IMG/VR virus record: IMGVR_UViG_3300012665_001179
DNA: 64,000 bases
DNA from: an uncultured virus (IMG/VR IMGVR_UViG_3300012665_001179)
Lineage: Duplodnaviria; Heunggongvirae; Uroviricota; Caudoviricetes
Reading direction: 5' to 3' (one strand)
Part shown: one piece after another, positions 47,172-57,773 of the stretch
How the letters are laid out: each line of letters opens with the position of its first letter
Position numbering within the stretch: the first letter of the stretch is position 1
Notes under the pieces: model-generated
The model's input: the letters and a program-made list of their open reading frames with translations, nothing else
Told to the model about the DNA's origin: nothing
Databases searched by the model: none
Made by a program: the position numbers and the translations under genes

Positions 47172-50100
47172 TTAATTAATATACGCTGTTTCATATGTTG
47201 GAAGTACATTCAAAGCAACTACAGCTAAGTGATTATTACTACTGTCGTATGGCGTATCACTATTCAACAATAGAACAGTGTTCGTTATAGGAACTAATGG
47301 TAACGATGGAACGGTGAAATCAGTCGTGTACAATGCTGTTTTTGTAACTCTGAAATTAGAAAGTTTACCAAAGAACACATCGCCCGCTAATTGGTAATTA
47401 CCAATGAATGCGTATTGTAAAGTACTGTTAATTCCACCCCACGATGAAGTAGAGGCTTGTTGAACTCCATCAATGAACATTTTTCCAGAACTTCCATTTC
47501 TAACTAAAGCAACATGATGCCACTGGCCATCGAATATATCAACAGCACCACTAGATATTCTGGATCCGGATCCACTTCCATTTATCGAGAAGAAGCTCTC
47601 TCCATTATTATACCAGAAATTAACACCATTCGGAAATGCAGATCCAGTATTAACAGCATCAGTATTAATGATAAATGCGTTAGGAATGTTATCATGTTTC
47701 ATCCAAAACTCTACTGTAAATGGAGTTGATGAAGACAATACTAATTGTGTACTATCGTTAGCCAACAAACCTTGCCATGTAAAGGTATCAAATTCATCGA
47801 AACCTGAACCTGCTTCATTAAAACTCATAACATTTTGAGCAGTTCCACTAACAACTGTTATTGTTATATTAGAAGACGCATTAGAATAATAGATTCCTGA
47901 ACTGCTGACAGCGGTTACTGTATATGTATTGAGAGCCTGTGTTTCTGAAGTTGTACCCACAAGTCCTGCATTGGACGTTATGAATGATAGCCCAGCGGGC
48001 AAGGTGTTTCCAGTTATCTCAAATCTTACATTTCCATAACCATCTGATGCATAGTTATAATATGATTCGCTAGTTGATAACATTGTCGTATTAACGGTGG
48101 TACCTAAACCAAAGATTAATGATGATGTTGGTACATTAAGAGCAACTTCCGGTACTGTATATCTGAAAATATGAGAGGCACTTACACTTTGACCGAATTC
48201 ATCATTAGCTGTTACTGTAATAGTCGTATTAGTTATATCTTCTGGACGACCTCCAAAATACACATATCTGTCTGATATTCTAGCAGGTGAGACAATACTA
48301 TCACCTAACTTAACTGTATTACTATAAACGAACATTCCAGCTGGTAATGTATTAGCACCTGTAACCTCAAATGTTATATTACCTACACCACCATTAGATG
48401 TAAATAGTGGAGCATGATGCGCTGAAGTAACACGAGGATTTACATTAGCATCAAGGCCACGTGCAAATGCGCCATAGTAGTATTCATCGCCTGGATAAGC
48501 CAAACTTAATGTTAATGCAGGTACACTAACTTGTAATGTAAATGTATTTGATGCTGTTTGATATGAAGAATCTCTAACAGTTACGGTATAGGTATTCGAG
48601 CCTGAAACTTCCGTAGGTGTACCACTTATAGAACCGTTAGATGTAGTAATTGTTAAGCCTGTCGGTAAGTTAGGTGTGACACTATATGTTAAAGCTGTAG
48701 TTAATACATTGCCTTGATTAAATGCGTAAATTGCATTTGCTGTTCTAAAACCATCGATAAACATATAAGCGCTATTGCCAGATTTAACCACTGCAATATG
48801 ATGCCATACATTATCTCTTACAGCTACACCATTATTTGTTAGTGCGGTGTTAGCGTTTTGTGAAACAAATGTCACAGCGGCATTATAGACGCTGCCTAGA
48901 CTTAAAGATATATTGGCTGTGTAATTTTCAACCGCAGTTGAATAAAACAAGCCAGATACAGAACCTTGGCTACCATCAATAAATCGACTTGATGAATTTG
49001 CCCAAAATTCAAGAGTAAAGTCTCCTGTAGCAATATCTAATATAGCATTAGATGGTAAAACAGCAGCAGTGTTAACACCGTTAAAATAATATACATTTCC
49101 ACGAACAGTATTTCCTGTAACAATAACTGTAGGAAGTTGACTTGGTATACCTGTAGTTACACGACCAGGAGCAGTATTGATAGTTAACGCAAGATTACTA
49201 CTATCAGTAAATGTGTCAGAAGTAATTAATAATACAGTATTTGCGACTGCGACTAGTTTAGAAGTAGGAACAGAAAAATTACTGGTGTATAATGCTCGTT
49301 TTGTAAGTCTAATTTCAGACAAATAAGCTTGAACATAACCTTCTGTAGTATTTGCAGTTCCTCTAGACGCAGCACCAATAGTCATAAGATTAAATGATGG
49401 ACGTGTATTAGAGAAAGCTTTTTGAGTCACAGTTATATCGGATTTGGCTTGTACAGGTAAGAAGCTAGTAAATTCATTTATATTTAAATTTCTAGAAGAA
49501 ATTAATCTATTAGTTATCAAACGTGGATTAACTTTTATCGTAAATGTATTGCTAGCTTGTCGGCCTAAAATATCTCTCACGGTTAAAGTGTATGATGTTG
49601 TTGATGTGTTGATAGTTTCACTCACACCTAAACCCAGAAGTCCATTTATAGCAAATGGATAATCATTTTGAGCAATACCACCACCATAACCAATATTACC
49701 GTTGTTTGTAAAACTGAATGCTCCATAAATATCATTTCTTAATCCATAAGGTACATTTGGTGTAATTTGATAAGTTCTTGTTTGTCCGAGATAACCTCCA
49801 GTAATAGTGCCGACTGTTATAGATTCGTCAAAACCAGTATATACACCAATGGAATAACTAGCTGTTATACTATTAGCGGCATTAGCGGTTACTACACTCA
49901 ATGCTGGCGCACGTGAAAACGATATAGAAGTGTTTGGCCATCCCTTTATCACTACAGGATTAGCAACATTAGTAGTTAATGTTAAATTATTATTACTACT
50001 ATCAATAATTGTATTTTTGTTAATTAATAAAACAGTGTTTGCTACAGGAACTAGTGGTAAAGTAGGAACAGTAAAATTAGTTGTGTACAATGCTCTCTTC

Positions 50101-53100
50101 GTAACTCTAAAGTTAGAAAGTTGCATTGGATCATCGACATAAGGTTCCCAGGAGCCAATCATGTGATCGGATAAAGAGAATGTCCAACCAGAATTAATAA
50201 ACCGGTCATCTATTAAAAATCCGTCAACAAATGTTTTTAAACTACTACCGGATCTAACAAGTGCAACATGATGCCAACTACCGTCCGAAACTCGAACATC
50301 AGGGTATTCAACAAATTGAGAGTTGCGTATTTCCATTTCGCCAGAGTAGATAATGAAGTCAAGTGCAGTTTCGGCAGGCTCTAAGTAAGTTTCCTCCGGT
50401 GCTAAGTAATTATTATATGAGAATACTCTTGCACCAGTAACATAATCTCCGGCAAATGTGTTAACCCAAAATTCTATTGTGAAAGCACCAGTATCAAAAT
50501 TCAATTGTGCGGTGTTTGGCAATTGGATATTTTGAAGATTTACTAGATAATCGTAAGTTGTATTTGGTCCGCCACGTTGTGAACTAAATCCGGATACTGA
50601 AGGTTCATTGAAACTCATGACATTCATTGTGGATTGAGTATCGTAAATAGCTATATCAAAAATTATTGGCGATGCGTTAGCATATGCACTGCCGCTATTT
50701 GAAGTAACTGATAATGTATATGTGTTAATACCATAAGTCGAATTGACATTACCACTAATATACGCAGCAATGTATTCATTATTAGCAGGATAATCAGCAG
50801 TAAAGAATGTTAATCCATCAGGTAATGTGTTGCCTGTTAATTTGAATTCTACGTTTCCATAACCCTCCGATTTTGATGAGACCATGAGCTCAGCGTAAAT
50901 AGAAGTATTAGGAGCAAATTCTAACGATTGTATGTTTCCTTGTCCGGTAACATAAGTAATCGTTTGTAATGCATTTGCAGCAGCAATTTCAAAATATGGA
51001 TGTATAATTTCAATAACAGTAGAATTGCTTGAAATTTGGCCAGTATCATCATTAGCAGTTACGGTAATAGTTGAAACATTAATTCCTTCAGGAACACCTC
51101 CAAGATATACGTACCTGTCTGAAGCTCGTACTCCTCCAGAAGATGGGTTTCCCGAATTATCATTGATTAATGTAGTTGAACTATACAAGAATGTTCCGCT
51201 AGGTAAAGTATTGGCGCCAGTTACAGTAAATGTTATATTACCTGCACCACCATTAGCGGTAAATAAGGTTCTGTAATACCCATTAGCGTTAGCAAAATTT
51301 GTATATGTTACAGTTAAATTACGAACTCTATTTAACGACAAGGTTTTTGCTACAACTTGTAATGTAAATGTATTCGATACCGTTTGGAATGAATCATCAT
51401 TAGCAGTTATTGTAAATGTATTTGCACCATATAAATTTGTAACTGAACCAGTAATAGCACCATTTGATGTTATAAATGTTAAACCAGTCGGTAATGTGTT
51501 ACCGGATAATGCGTATGTTATGTTTCCATAGCCACCAGATACGGTTATAGGTCTAAATGTATTTGCACTATTCGTTTCAAATGTTAATGTAGCTGTTGTC
51601 GTATTAGCATACAATTGTGTAACTGCAACTTCTAATGTAAATGTGTTTGATGCTGTCTGGAAAGAATCATCATTAGCAGTTATTGTAAATGTATTTGCGG
51701 TGTATAATGTTAAAGTTGAACCAGTAATAGCACCATTCGAGGTTATAAATGTTAAACCAGCAGGTAATGTGTTACCTGACAATGCAAATGTTATATTTCC
51801 ATTTATACCATAGCCACCAGATACGGTTATAGGTCTAAATGTATTTGCGACACCATATCTAAATGTCAATGCAGGTGTTGTTGTATTGGCATAGAATTTT
51901 GATGCTTGAATATCTAAACTAGAAGCAGAATTCCATCCTTTAGTCGTAATTCTAGTTCCATCAAATGACTGTACGTAGAAATCTCTTTCTGTTGTAGGAT
52001 CCGAAATTGATCCTAAGAAATTATTCGACTCATCATACTGATTACCCATTGCTTTTATTGGCGTACCGGAAATGAATACCGTATTAGATGCAGGAACAAA
52101 AGATTGTGTCATACCAGGAACATTATTAGAGAATGCTAATGGATACAGAGCCGCATTTGACTCTCCTTGCGATGCAGGTATAATGTATCCTATTAGATTT
52201 CCTAAACCACCCGTTACTACACCAATATTGATCGAAGCATACGTTGTGTTTGCAATTATGCTGCGAACGGCTCTACTTGTAAACGATGTTGGAATCTGAG
52301 CACCTGGAAGTTCAAATACAATGTTCGAACTTGAAACTTGTTGACCTACTGCATCTGTAGCAACAATCTTAATCGTACTGGAGTATGGATAGAAACTAGC
52401 TGCAACACCAGGTTTAACGATAGATGTTCCTGAAATCTTTCCGTTAGAAGTATTTAAAGTTGTTCCTGAAGGTATAGTATTACCACCTAATCCATCTACA
52501 CTATATGTGTATGGTGTTGCACCACCAGAAGCAGTTGCTGGTGTAAAGTTCGGGTCTTGGCCAACATAATTATATCTAAGTGTCGTACCTGTACTCATAG
52601 TTAAAGGAACAACAACACTCATCACAAAAGTATTACTATTTGACTGACCAATAACATCTTGAACAGTTACAGTGTAAGTATTAGCAATTACAGTTTGTGC
52701 TGTATTACCGGTGATGAATCCATTTGCAGTATTAAATGTCAGGCCTGTTGGTAGAGAAGGTGTAATACTGTAAGTTATACCAGTTGTTAAATTGAAGCTT
52801 GGTGAACTAAACAATGTTGTGTCTGAAATTACCTGAGGTAATACATCTTTAGGTGTAAATGTTAAAGCAAGATTACTACTATCAGTAAATGTTGGTGAAT
52901 TTATCAGTATTACTGTATTTGCAACTGCGGTTAATGTTGTTGTTGGTGGCGTAAATGCACTTGTATATAAGGCTCTTGATGTAATTCTAAAGTTTGCTAA
53001 GTAACCAGTATAGGTATCATCGAGTCCTAAACCTAGACCAAATCGACCTCGACCAATTTGGCCAGAAGTTAAGAAGGAATTAGTTGCGCCTGCCCAAGCA

Positions 53101-56100
53101 CCAGCAGCACTATTAGCAACTAACACACCATCAACATATATGTAACCTGTATCATTATATCTTACACAGGCAACGTGATGCCATGTATCATCTAAGTAAT
53201 TACCATTTGCAATTATCTTATAACTTGAACCTTGAGGTGAGAATGATATTCTGCCTGCACCACCAGTGATCTCAGCGCCAACCGAAATTTGGAAATTAGT
53301 TCTTGTTGATGAAGAATCGATAATTATAGCATTAGCTGTTTGACTTGCGGAGTTAGCCTTCATCCAGAATTCAGTTGTAACATCACTAGAGTAAAAATAA
53401 ATTTCTCCTGCGAATGGCAATCTAATACCATTATTGACACCATCAAAGTAATAAGAATTTACAGTTTCACCCGATGTTGAACCTGATACAGCTATAACTG
53501 GTAAGAAACTATTAGCAACATTCGTATTCAATAATCTTGAAGCTATTAAGGTGCGAGCTAACAACTGAGGATACACTTGCATTGTGAATGTATTGCTTGT
53601 CGTTTGACTTGCTTGATCGCTTGCAGTTACGGTATAAGTTGTTAAACTTGTATTCGATGTAGCTATTCCTGATATGAAACCATTAGAAGTATTCAGTGAA
53701 AGTCCTGTTGGTAGACTTGGACTGATACCATATGTTATTTGACCGTAACCACCAGAAGCTGTTAATGTGTTAAAGCTATTTGCAACACCAGTTACTAAGT
53801 TTCGTGTTACTAATGCCATTGTGCTTGTCAATGCAGGTGCTACAACATTCATAGTGAATGTATTCGAAGATGTCTGTATTAAAGGATACTCATCTGTTAT
53901 AATTATTGTGTAGATAGAGTTAGACGATAATTCTGAAGTAGTTCCACTAATCAATCCATTAGATGCACTATATGAGAGACCTGAAGGTAAATATGGTAAC
54001 AGTTGATAAGTTAAATTTCCATATCCTCCAGTAGCGGTTACAGGTGTAAATGGATCCGCAGAATTTGCTATTAATGATTTAAAGCTAATAACTGTGGTTG
54101 CTGTTATTGGTGTAGGTGCAATGACAGTTAAAGTGAATGTGTTACTTACAGATTGACCTGCTCTATCGTTAGCCGTTACAGTAAATGTGTTAGCAACTAA
54201 AGTTGTTGTTGTATTACCACTAATATAACCATTAGCGGTGTTAAATGTTAATCCTGTTGGCAGACTTGGATTAATTTCATAAGTCAATCCACCAAAACCA
54301 CCTGTAGAGGTTATCGGCGTAAATGCATTACCAATACGTGTTGTTATCGACTTAGTAGAAATTATAGTTGATGTTACAATTGGTAATGGAGTTATAGTTA
54401 ATGCAAATGTGTTACTTGAATTTTGACCCACATCATCAGTCATAGAGATGGTGTAGGTGTTTGCTGTCACTAACGCTCCAGGTATACCACCTATAGATCC
54501 TGTGAAAGGATCAAAAGTTACTCCAGCTGGCAACGATGGAGTAACGGTATATCTTATACTACCATAACCACCAGATGGTATTACTGGTTTAAATGTTGTG
54601 GCTAATGTATTAGCAGTTAATGTTTGAGTTGCAATTGATCGTAAAGCTAATAATGGTTGTGGTGTGATACCTAAAGTAAATGTTGCATTGGCACCACGAC
54701 TTCTCTTATCAAGAGCTGTAACTGTATATGTTGTCGGTGTTTTCAGTACGGTAGGTGTTCCACGAATATTACCATTGGATGAAATCATTACTAATCCATC
54801 AGGTAATACTGGACTTACTAAGTATCTTGATATACCACCAATACCACCTGTTGCAGTAACAGGTGTAAAGTTATTTGCTTCACCCGCAAAAATGTTTATG
54901 GAAGCAATTTGAGTACTCATTCTTATATCACGTAACGATGATGCTGCACCAAGGTCTATCTTCAGATTAGCAGAAACAAAAGAACCACTAGATGGGAATA
55001 TTGTAGATACGAAAATAGTATTCGAGTTTACAAAAGTTACAGTATCAACTTCATCGTAGTATAAAGAAATAGTTCCGTTTGTTACAGTCGATGTTAAAGT
55101 ATTCTGTGTAATTATTGAGTTTGCATTAGTAACATAAGCCACAACTTCACTATTTCCAGAAACTAATCTAATAACTTGACCATCATAAATGTCATTGATA
55201 AAGTTTGTGCCATTACCCGTTATGGTATTTGAACCAGAAACATATGATACTGTACCGTTTAAAGTCTTTAAAAGGTTACGGAAAACAATGGTGTCGCCAA
55301 CAGCAATTGAAGATGCTAAGTTGACATTGGCTGAACTGCCTGTGACCCTAGCAATGCCTGTTCCGACAAAAACGTTAAATGTATTAGACAAGGGAGTAGT
55401 TATATAATTATTACTTGTGATTATTAAGCTAGCAACATCGTTATCAAATTTCTTTATACGAGTTACAAAAGATTTTGTTCCTGCCGGATGTAAAACATCC
55501 GATAATGTTTTTGAGAATTTCTTATAGTCGTTTTCAGTGTTAATAACATATGAGAAATTATGATACTTATTAGCATCTTGGAATCTTTTCTCTGAACTTG
55601 GTTGACCGTCTTCATTTAAGTAAATACCTGGATAACGAATCAAACCATTTTCAAATTTAGCAGTTGCCTTCGCTTTACCGTTTCCGAAGAAAATATAATC
55701 GTAAATATCAGCACTGATTGTATTATCGAATGACTTTAATTGTTTTGTATCATCAAAAGTACCTATGTAATTGAAAATACGTACATGTGAATTACCTGTA
55801 ACATACTTATCAAAATAAGCTTCGAATGTTGTATTCGTATTTGATGTACCTTGATAAAGTTTAGTATTAGATGTAAATAAAAGTCCTTGAGTTACATTAC
55901 TCAAATATAAATCTGCATTTCTTAAAGATACTATAGGTGCTGAAGTATAGTCGTAGCCATAACTAATAACTTTGATTTTCGAGACTGCACCAATTCTACT
56001 TGTGGATAATTCTACTTTCTCACCATCACCTAATATCTCAGGTATGACCAATTGAGCATTTGAACCTGTTGTACTATTGATAGTTATTGTTGGTAAGTCT

Positions 56101-57773
56101 GCAAGTGTATAACCTTCACCACCTCTAACATAGGCAGAAGATTCGTTGAATTCCGCAGCTTTAATACCGTTATTACCAGCAAACACTTGAGTTACTTGTG
56201 CATTTGCACCATAACCTCGACCATTTGAAGTGAATATTAAAAAGTCGCCAACGTTATAGTTACTACCACCGTTAACAACTCGGATTCTACCTAAAGAACC
56301 TAATTGAGTTAAGTTTCTTCTATGTACTTTATAAACTTGAAGATTATTGATGTTGGTTTCGAATGAACTACCAATCGTCAATGTATTGGATGTTACTTCT
56401 TGTACAGTCTCTACTTGTTCAAATCTATTCTTAACAAACAAACGAATTAAATCGCCTTTTTCTAACGATTGAGTTAAATCTTGTGTGCTGTCACGTATGA
56501 TGTTAGTTTTGCGAGTAACAAATGCAGAAGATATAACTAATTCATCATCTATAGATTCATTATATAAACTATACGTTTCAATATCTGGTCTAGAACTATA
56601 TCCACCACCAGAAGAAACCGCAGATAAGAATGCGATTGAATATAAGTTTAAAGATTGTTTTGTAGTAAGCTGATTGATAGTTTTGTTATTAGCAACGTTA
56701 TCAATTGAGTTGATCGTATTAGAAAAGATTGATTGTATCTCAATATTACTTACATTGAGTGTACGATAATTCTTCTCATCAACCAAAATAATTTCTGCTT
56801 TAGATTCTTGACCTAATCTACCAGAAGCAAATCCACCTTTAAAGTCAATGATAGATGTATTGGGGAATATCGATCTACGGAAACCAAAACCACCATCTAC
56901 AGTAATGATTTCGTTAATTTGTCCTTTTAGAACTTCACCTACAACAGCTTCAGCAGGTTGAGCTTTAGATCCTACTTCTTCATTTAAACCACCAACAAAA
57001 GTTATAGGATCACCGCTGTATTGTATTTCAATATCTTCTGGATAATAAAACAATCCACGTGGATCATTATCTTTATAAAACAATCCACGATTCTTAGGAT
57101 CAATTTGAATTTCAGATAGAGATCCAATAAGTTTTGAATTAACAGTGATAGTATCTTCACCATCAAAATAAGATGCAGTTAATGTTTCACCAGTTGCGAA
57201 TAAACGATTAATATTAGAAACAAATAATTCGATGTATTGAATACCCAATGCTCTATCTACAGAGCTCACTACTTTCTCAATTATAGCCGTAGCATCTGAA
57301 GTTGTACCACGCACTTGAGTTTTTACTAAGTTGAATACATTAGGATCGGCAGTTTCAACTCGTAACGCTAATGGTAATACCCATTTACCATCAGATAATT
57401 TTAGAATGTCATTAGAAGGGAAATAAATGTCTATGTTTTCATTATAAAGAACTTTAAATAAAAACTTAATAGAATCTGGTGTACCTTTTGATCTGTAGAA
57501 TTGATTGATTGTTTTTAGAAACTTAACATCGTCTAATAGAATCTCTTCTGGAAAAGAAGGTAATAATTCTTCTTTAATTTGCTTTATAAAATAATCATTA
57601 GCTAAATCAATATCTTTAGCGTTTAGTAAATTATAATTTTCGTATATTGGTTTACCACTAGTCTCCATCCACTCATAATATTTTTCCAAGAATGTGACGA
57701 AGTTTGGATTCTCCTCACGGACAAATCCAGGTAATTGTTTTTCTACTAGAGGTGATAGATAATTGATAGACAT
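47172..57773 (-). CDS. gp7: Baseplate wedge initiator (gp7-like) with a large C-terminal Ig-like/LamG extension
   Basis: N-terminal QLPGFVRE..PNFVTFLEKYYEW, FYRSKGT..SIKFLFK.LY, then Q D..KYH.FSYVI and HPAGTK motifs; followed by about 16 He_PIG-like repeats (GG.G..TY....LP.GL.....G.I.G) and four LamG domains. Confidence 0.85.
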   Translation of the reverse strand: MSINYLSPLVEKQLPGFVREENPNFVTFLEKYYEWMETSGKPIYENYNLLNAKDIDLANDYFIKQIKEELLPSFPEEILLDDVKFLKTINQFYRSKGTPDSIKFLFKVLYNENIDIYFPSNDILKLSDGKWVLPLALRVETADPNVFNLVKTQVRGTTSDATAIIEKVVSSVDRALGIQYIELFVSNINRLFATGETLTASYFDGEDTITVNSKLIGSLSEIQIDPKNRGLFYKDNDPRGLFYYPEDIEIQYSGDPITFVGGLNEEVGSKAQPAEAVVGEVLKGQINEIITVDGGFGFRRSIFPNTSIIDFKGGFASGRLGQESKAEIILVDEKNYRTLNVSNIEIQSIFSNTINSIDNVANNKTINQLTTKQSLNLYSIAFLSAVSSGGGYSSRPDIETYSLYNESIDDELVISSAFVTRKTNIIRDSTQDLTQSLEKGDLIRLFVKNRFEQVETVQEVTSNTLTIGSSFETNINNLQVYKVHRRNLTQLGSLGRIRVVNGGSNYNVGDFLIFTSNGRGYGANAQVTQVFAGNNGIKAAEFNESSAYVRGGEGYTLADLPTITINSTTGSNAQLVIPEILGDGEKVELSTSRIGAVSKIKVISYGYDYTSAPIVSLRNADLYLSNVTQGLLFTSNTKLYQGTSNTNTTFEAYFDKYVTGNSHVRIFNYIGTFDDTKQLKSFDNTISADIYDYIFFGNGKAKATAKFENGLIRYPGIYLNEDGQPSSEKRFQDANKYHNFSYVINTENDYKKFSKTLSDVLHPAGTKSFVTRIKKFDNDVASLIITSNNYITTPLSNTFNVFVGTGIARVTGSSANVNLASSIAVGDTIVFRNLLKTLNGTVSYVSGSNTITGNGTNFINDIYDGQVIRLVSGNSEVVAYVTNANSIITQNTLTSTVTNGTISLYYDEVDTVTFVNSNTIFVSTIFPSSGSFVSANLKIDLGAASSLRDIRMSTQIASINIFAGEANNFTPVTATGGIGGISRYLVSPVLPDGLVMISSNGNIRGTPTVLKTPTTYTVTALDKRSRGANATFTLGITPQPLLALRSIATQTLTANTLATTFKPVIPSGGYGSIRYTVTPSLPAGVTFDPFTGSIGGIPGALVTANTYTISMTDDVGQNSSNTFALTITPLPIVTSTIISTKSITTRIGNAFTPITSTGGFGGLTYEINPSLPTGLTFNTANGYISGNTTTTLVANTFTVTANDRAGQSVSNTFTLTVIAPTPITATTVISFKSLIANSADPFTPVTATGGYGNLTYQLLPYLPSGLSYSASNGLISGTTSELSSNSIYTIIITDEYPLIQTSSNTFTMNVVAPALTSTMALVTRNLVTGVANSFNTLTASGGYGQITYGISPSLPTGLSLNTSNGFISGIATSNTSLTTYTVTASDQASQTTSNTFTMQVYPQLLARTLIASRLLNTNVANSFLPVIAVSGSTSGETVNSYYFDGVNNGIRLPFAGEIYFYSSDVTTEFWMKANSASQTANAIIIDSSSTRTNFQISVGAEITGGAGRISFSPQGSSYKIIANGNYLDDTWHHVACVRYNDTGYIYVDGVLVANSAAGAWAGATNSFLTSGQIGRGRFGLGLGLDDTYTGYLANFRITSRALYTSAFTPPTTTLTAVANTVILINSPTFTDSSNLALTFTPKDVLPQVISDTTLFSSPSFNLTTGITYSITPSLPTGLTFNTANGFITGNTAQTVIANTYTVTVQDVIGQSNSNTFVMSVVVPLTMSTGTTLRYNYVGQDPNFTPATASGGATPYTYSVDGLGGNTIPSGTTLNTSNGKISGTSIVKPGVAASFYPYSSTIKIVATDAVGQQVSSSNIVFELPGAQIPTSFTSRAVRSIIANTTYASINIGVVTGGLGNLIGYIIPASQGESNAALYPLAFSNNVPGMTQSFVPASNTVFISGTPIKAMGNQYDESNNFLGSISDPTTERDFYVQSFDGTRITTKGWNSASSLDIQASKFYANTTTPALTFRYGVANTFRPITVSGGYGINGNITFALSGNTLPAGLTFITSNGAITGSTLTLYTANTFTITANDDSFQTASNTFTLEVAVTQLYANTTTATLTFETNSANTFRPITVSGGYGNITYALSGNTLPTGLTFITSNGAITGSVTNLYGANTFTITANDDSFQTVSNTFTLQVVAKTLSLNRVRNLTVTYTNFANANGYYRTLFTANGGAGNITFTVTGANTLPSGTFLYSSTTLINDNSGNPSSGGVRASDRYVYLGGVPEGINVSTITVTANDDTGQISSNSTVIEIIHPYFEIAAANALQTITYVTGQGNIQSLEFAPNTSIYAELMVSSKSEGYGNVEFKLTGNTLPDGLTFFTADYPANNEYIAAYISGNVNSTYGINTYTLSVTSNSGSAYANASPIIFDIAIYDTQSTMNVMSFNEPSVSGFSSQRGGPNTTYDYLVNLQNIQLPNTAQLNFDTGAFTIEFWVNTFAGDYVTGARVFSYNNYLAPEETYLEPAETALDFIIYSGEMEIRNSQFVEYPDVRVSDGSWHHVALVRSGSSLKTFVDGFLIDDRFINSGWTFSLSDHMIGSWEPYVDDPMQLSNFRVTKRALYTTNFTVPTLPLVPVANTVLLINKNTIIDSSNNNLTLTTNVANPVVIKGWPNTSISFSRAPALSVVTANAANSITASYSIGVYTGFDESITVGTITGGYLGQTRTYQITPNVPYGLRNDIYGAFSFTNNGNIGYGGGIAQNDYPFAINGLLGLGVSETINTSTTSYTLTVRDILGRQASNTFTIKVNPRLITNRLISSRNLNINEFTSFLPVQAKSDITVTQKAFSNTRPSFNLMTIGAASRGTANTTEGYVQAYLSEIRLTKRALYTSNFSVPTSKLVAVANTVLLITSDTFTDSSNLALTINTAPGRVTTGIPSQLPTVIVTGNTVRGNVYYFNGVNTAAVLPSNAILDIATGDFTLEFWANSSSRFIDGSQGSVSGLFYSTAVENYTANISLSLGSVYNAAVTFVSQNANTALTNNGVAVRDNVWHHIAVVKSGNSAYMFIDGFRTANAIYAFNQGNVLTTALTYSVTPNLPTGLTITTSNGSISGTPTEVSGSNTYTVTVRDSSYQTASNTFTLQVSVPALTLSLAYPGDEYYYGAFARGLDANVNPRVTSAHHAPLFTSNGGVGNITFEVTGANTLPAGMFVYSNTVKLGDSIVSPARISDRYVYFGGRPEDITNTTITVTANDEFGQSVSASHIFRYTVPEVALNVPTSSLIFGLGTTVNTTMLSTSESYYNYASDGYGNVRFEITGNTLPAGLSFITSNAGLVGTTSETQALNTYTVTAVSSSGIYYSNASSNITITVVSGTAQNVMSFNEAGSGFDEFDTFTWQGLLANDSTQLVLSSSTPFTVEFWMKHDNIPNAFIINTDAVNTGSAFPNGVNFWYNNGESFFSINGSGSGSRISSGAVDIFDGQWHHVALVRNGSSGKMFIDGVQQASTSSWGGINSTLQYAFIGNYQLAGDVFFGKLSNFRVTKTALYTTDFTVPSLPLVPITNTVLLLNSDTPYDSSNNHLAVVALNVLPTYETAYIN
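51391..51848. repeat. Recent tandem duplication of one Ig-like repeat in gp7
   Basis: Identical 41-mers at 51526-51566 and 51808-51848, and identical 35-mers at 51391-51425 and 51664-51698 (offsets 282 and 273, differing by a 9-nt indel). Confidence 0.85.
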
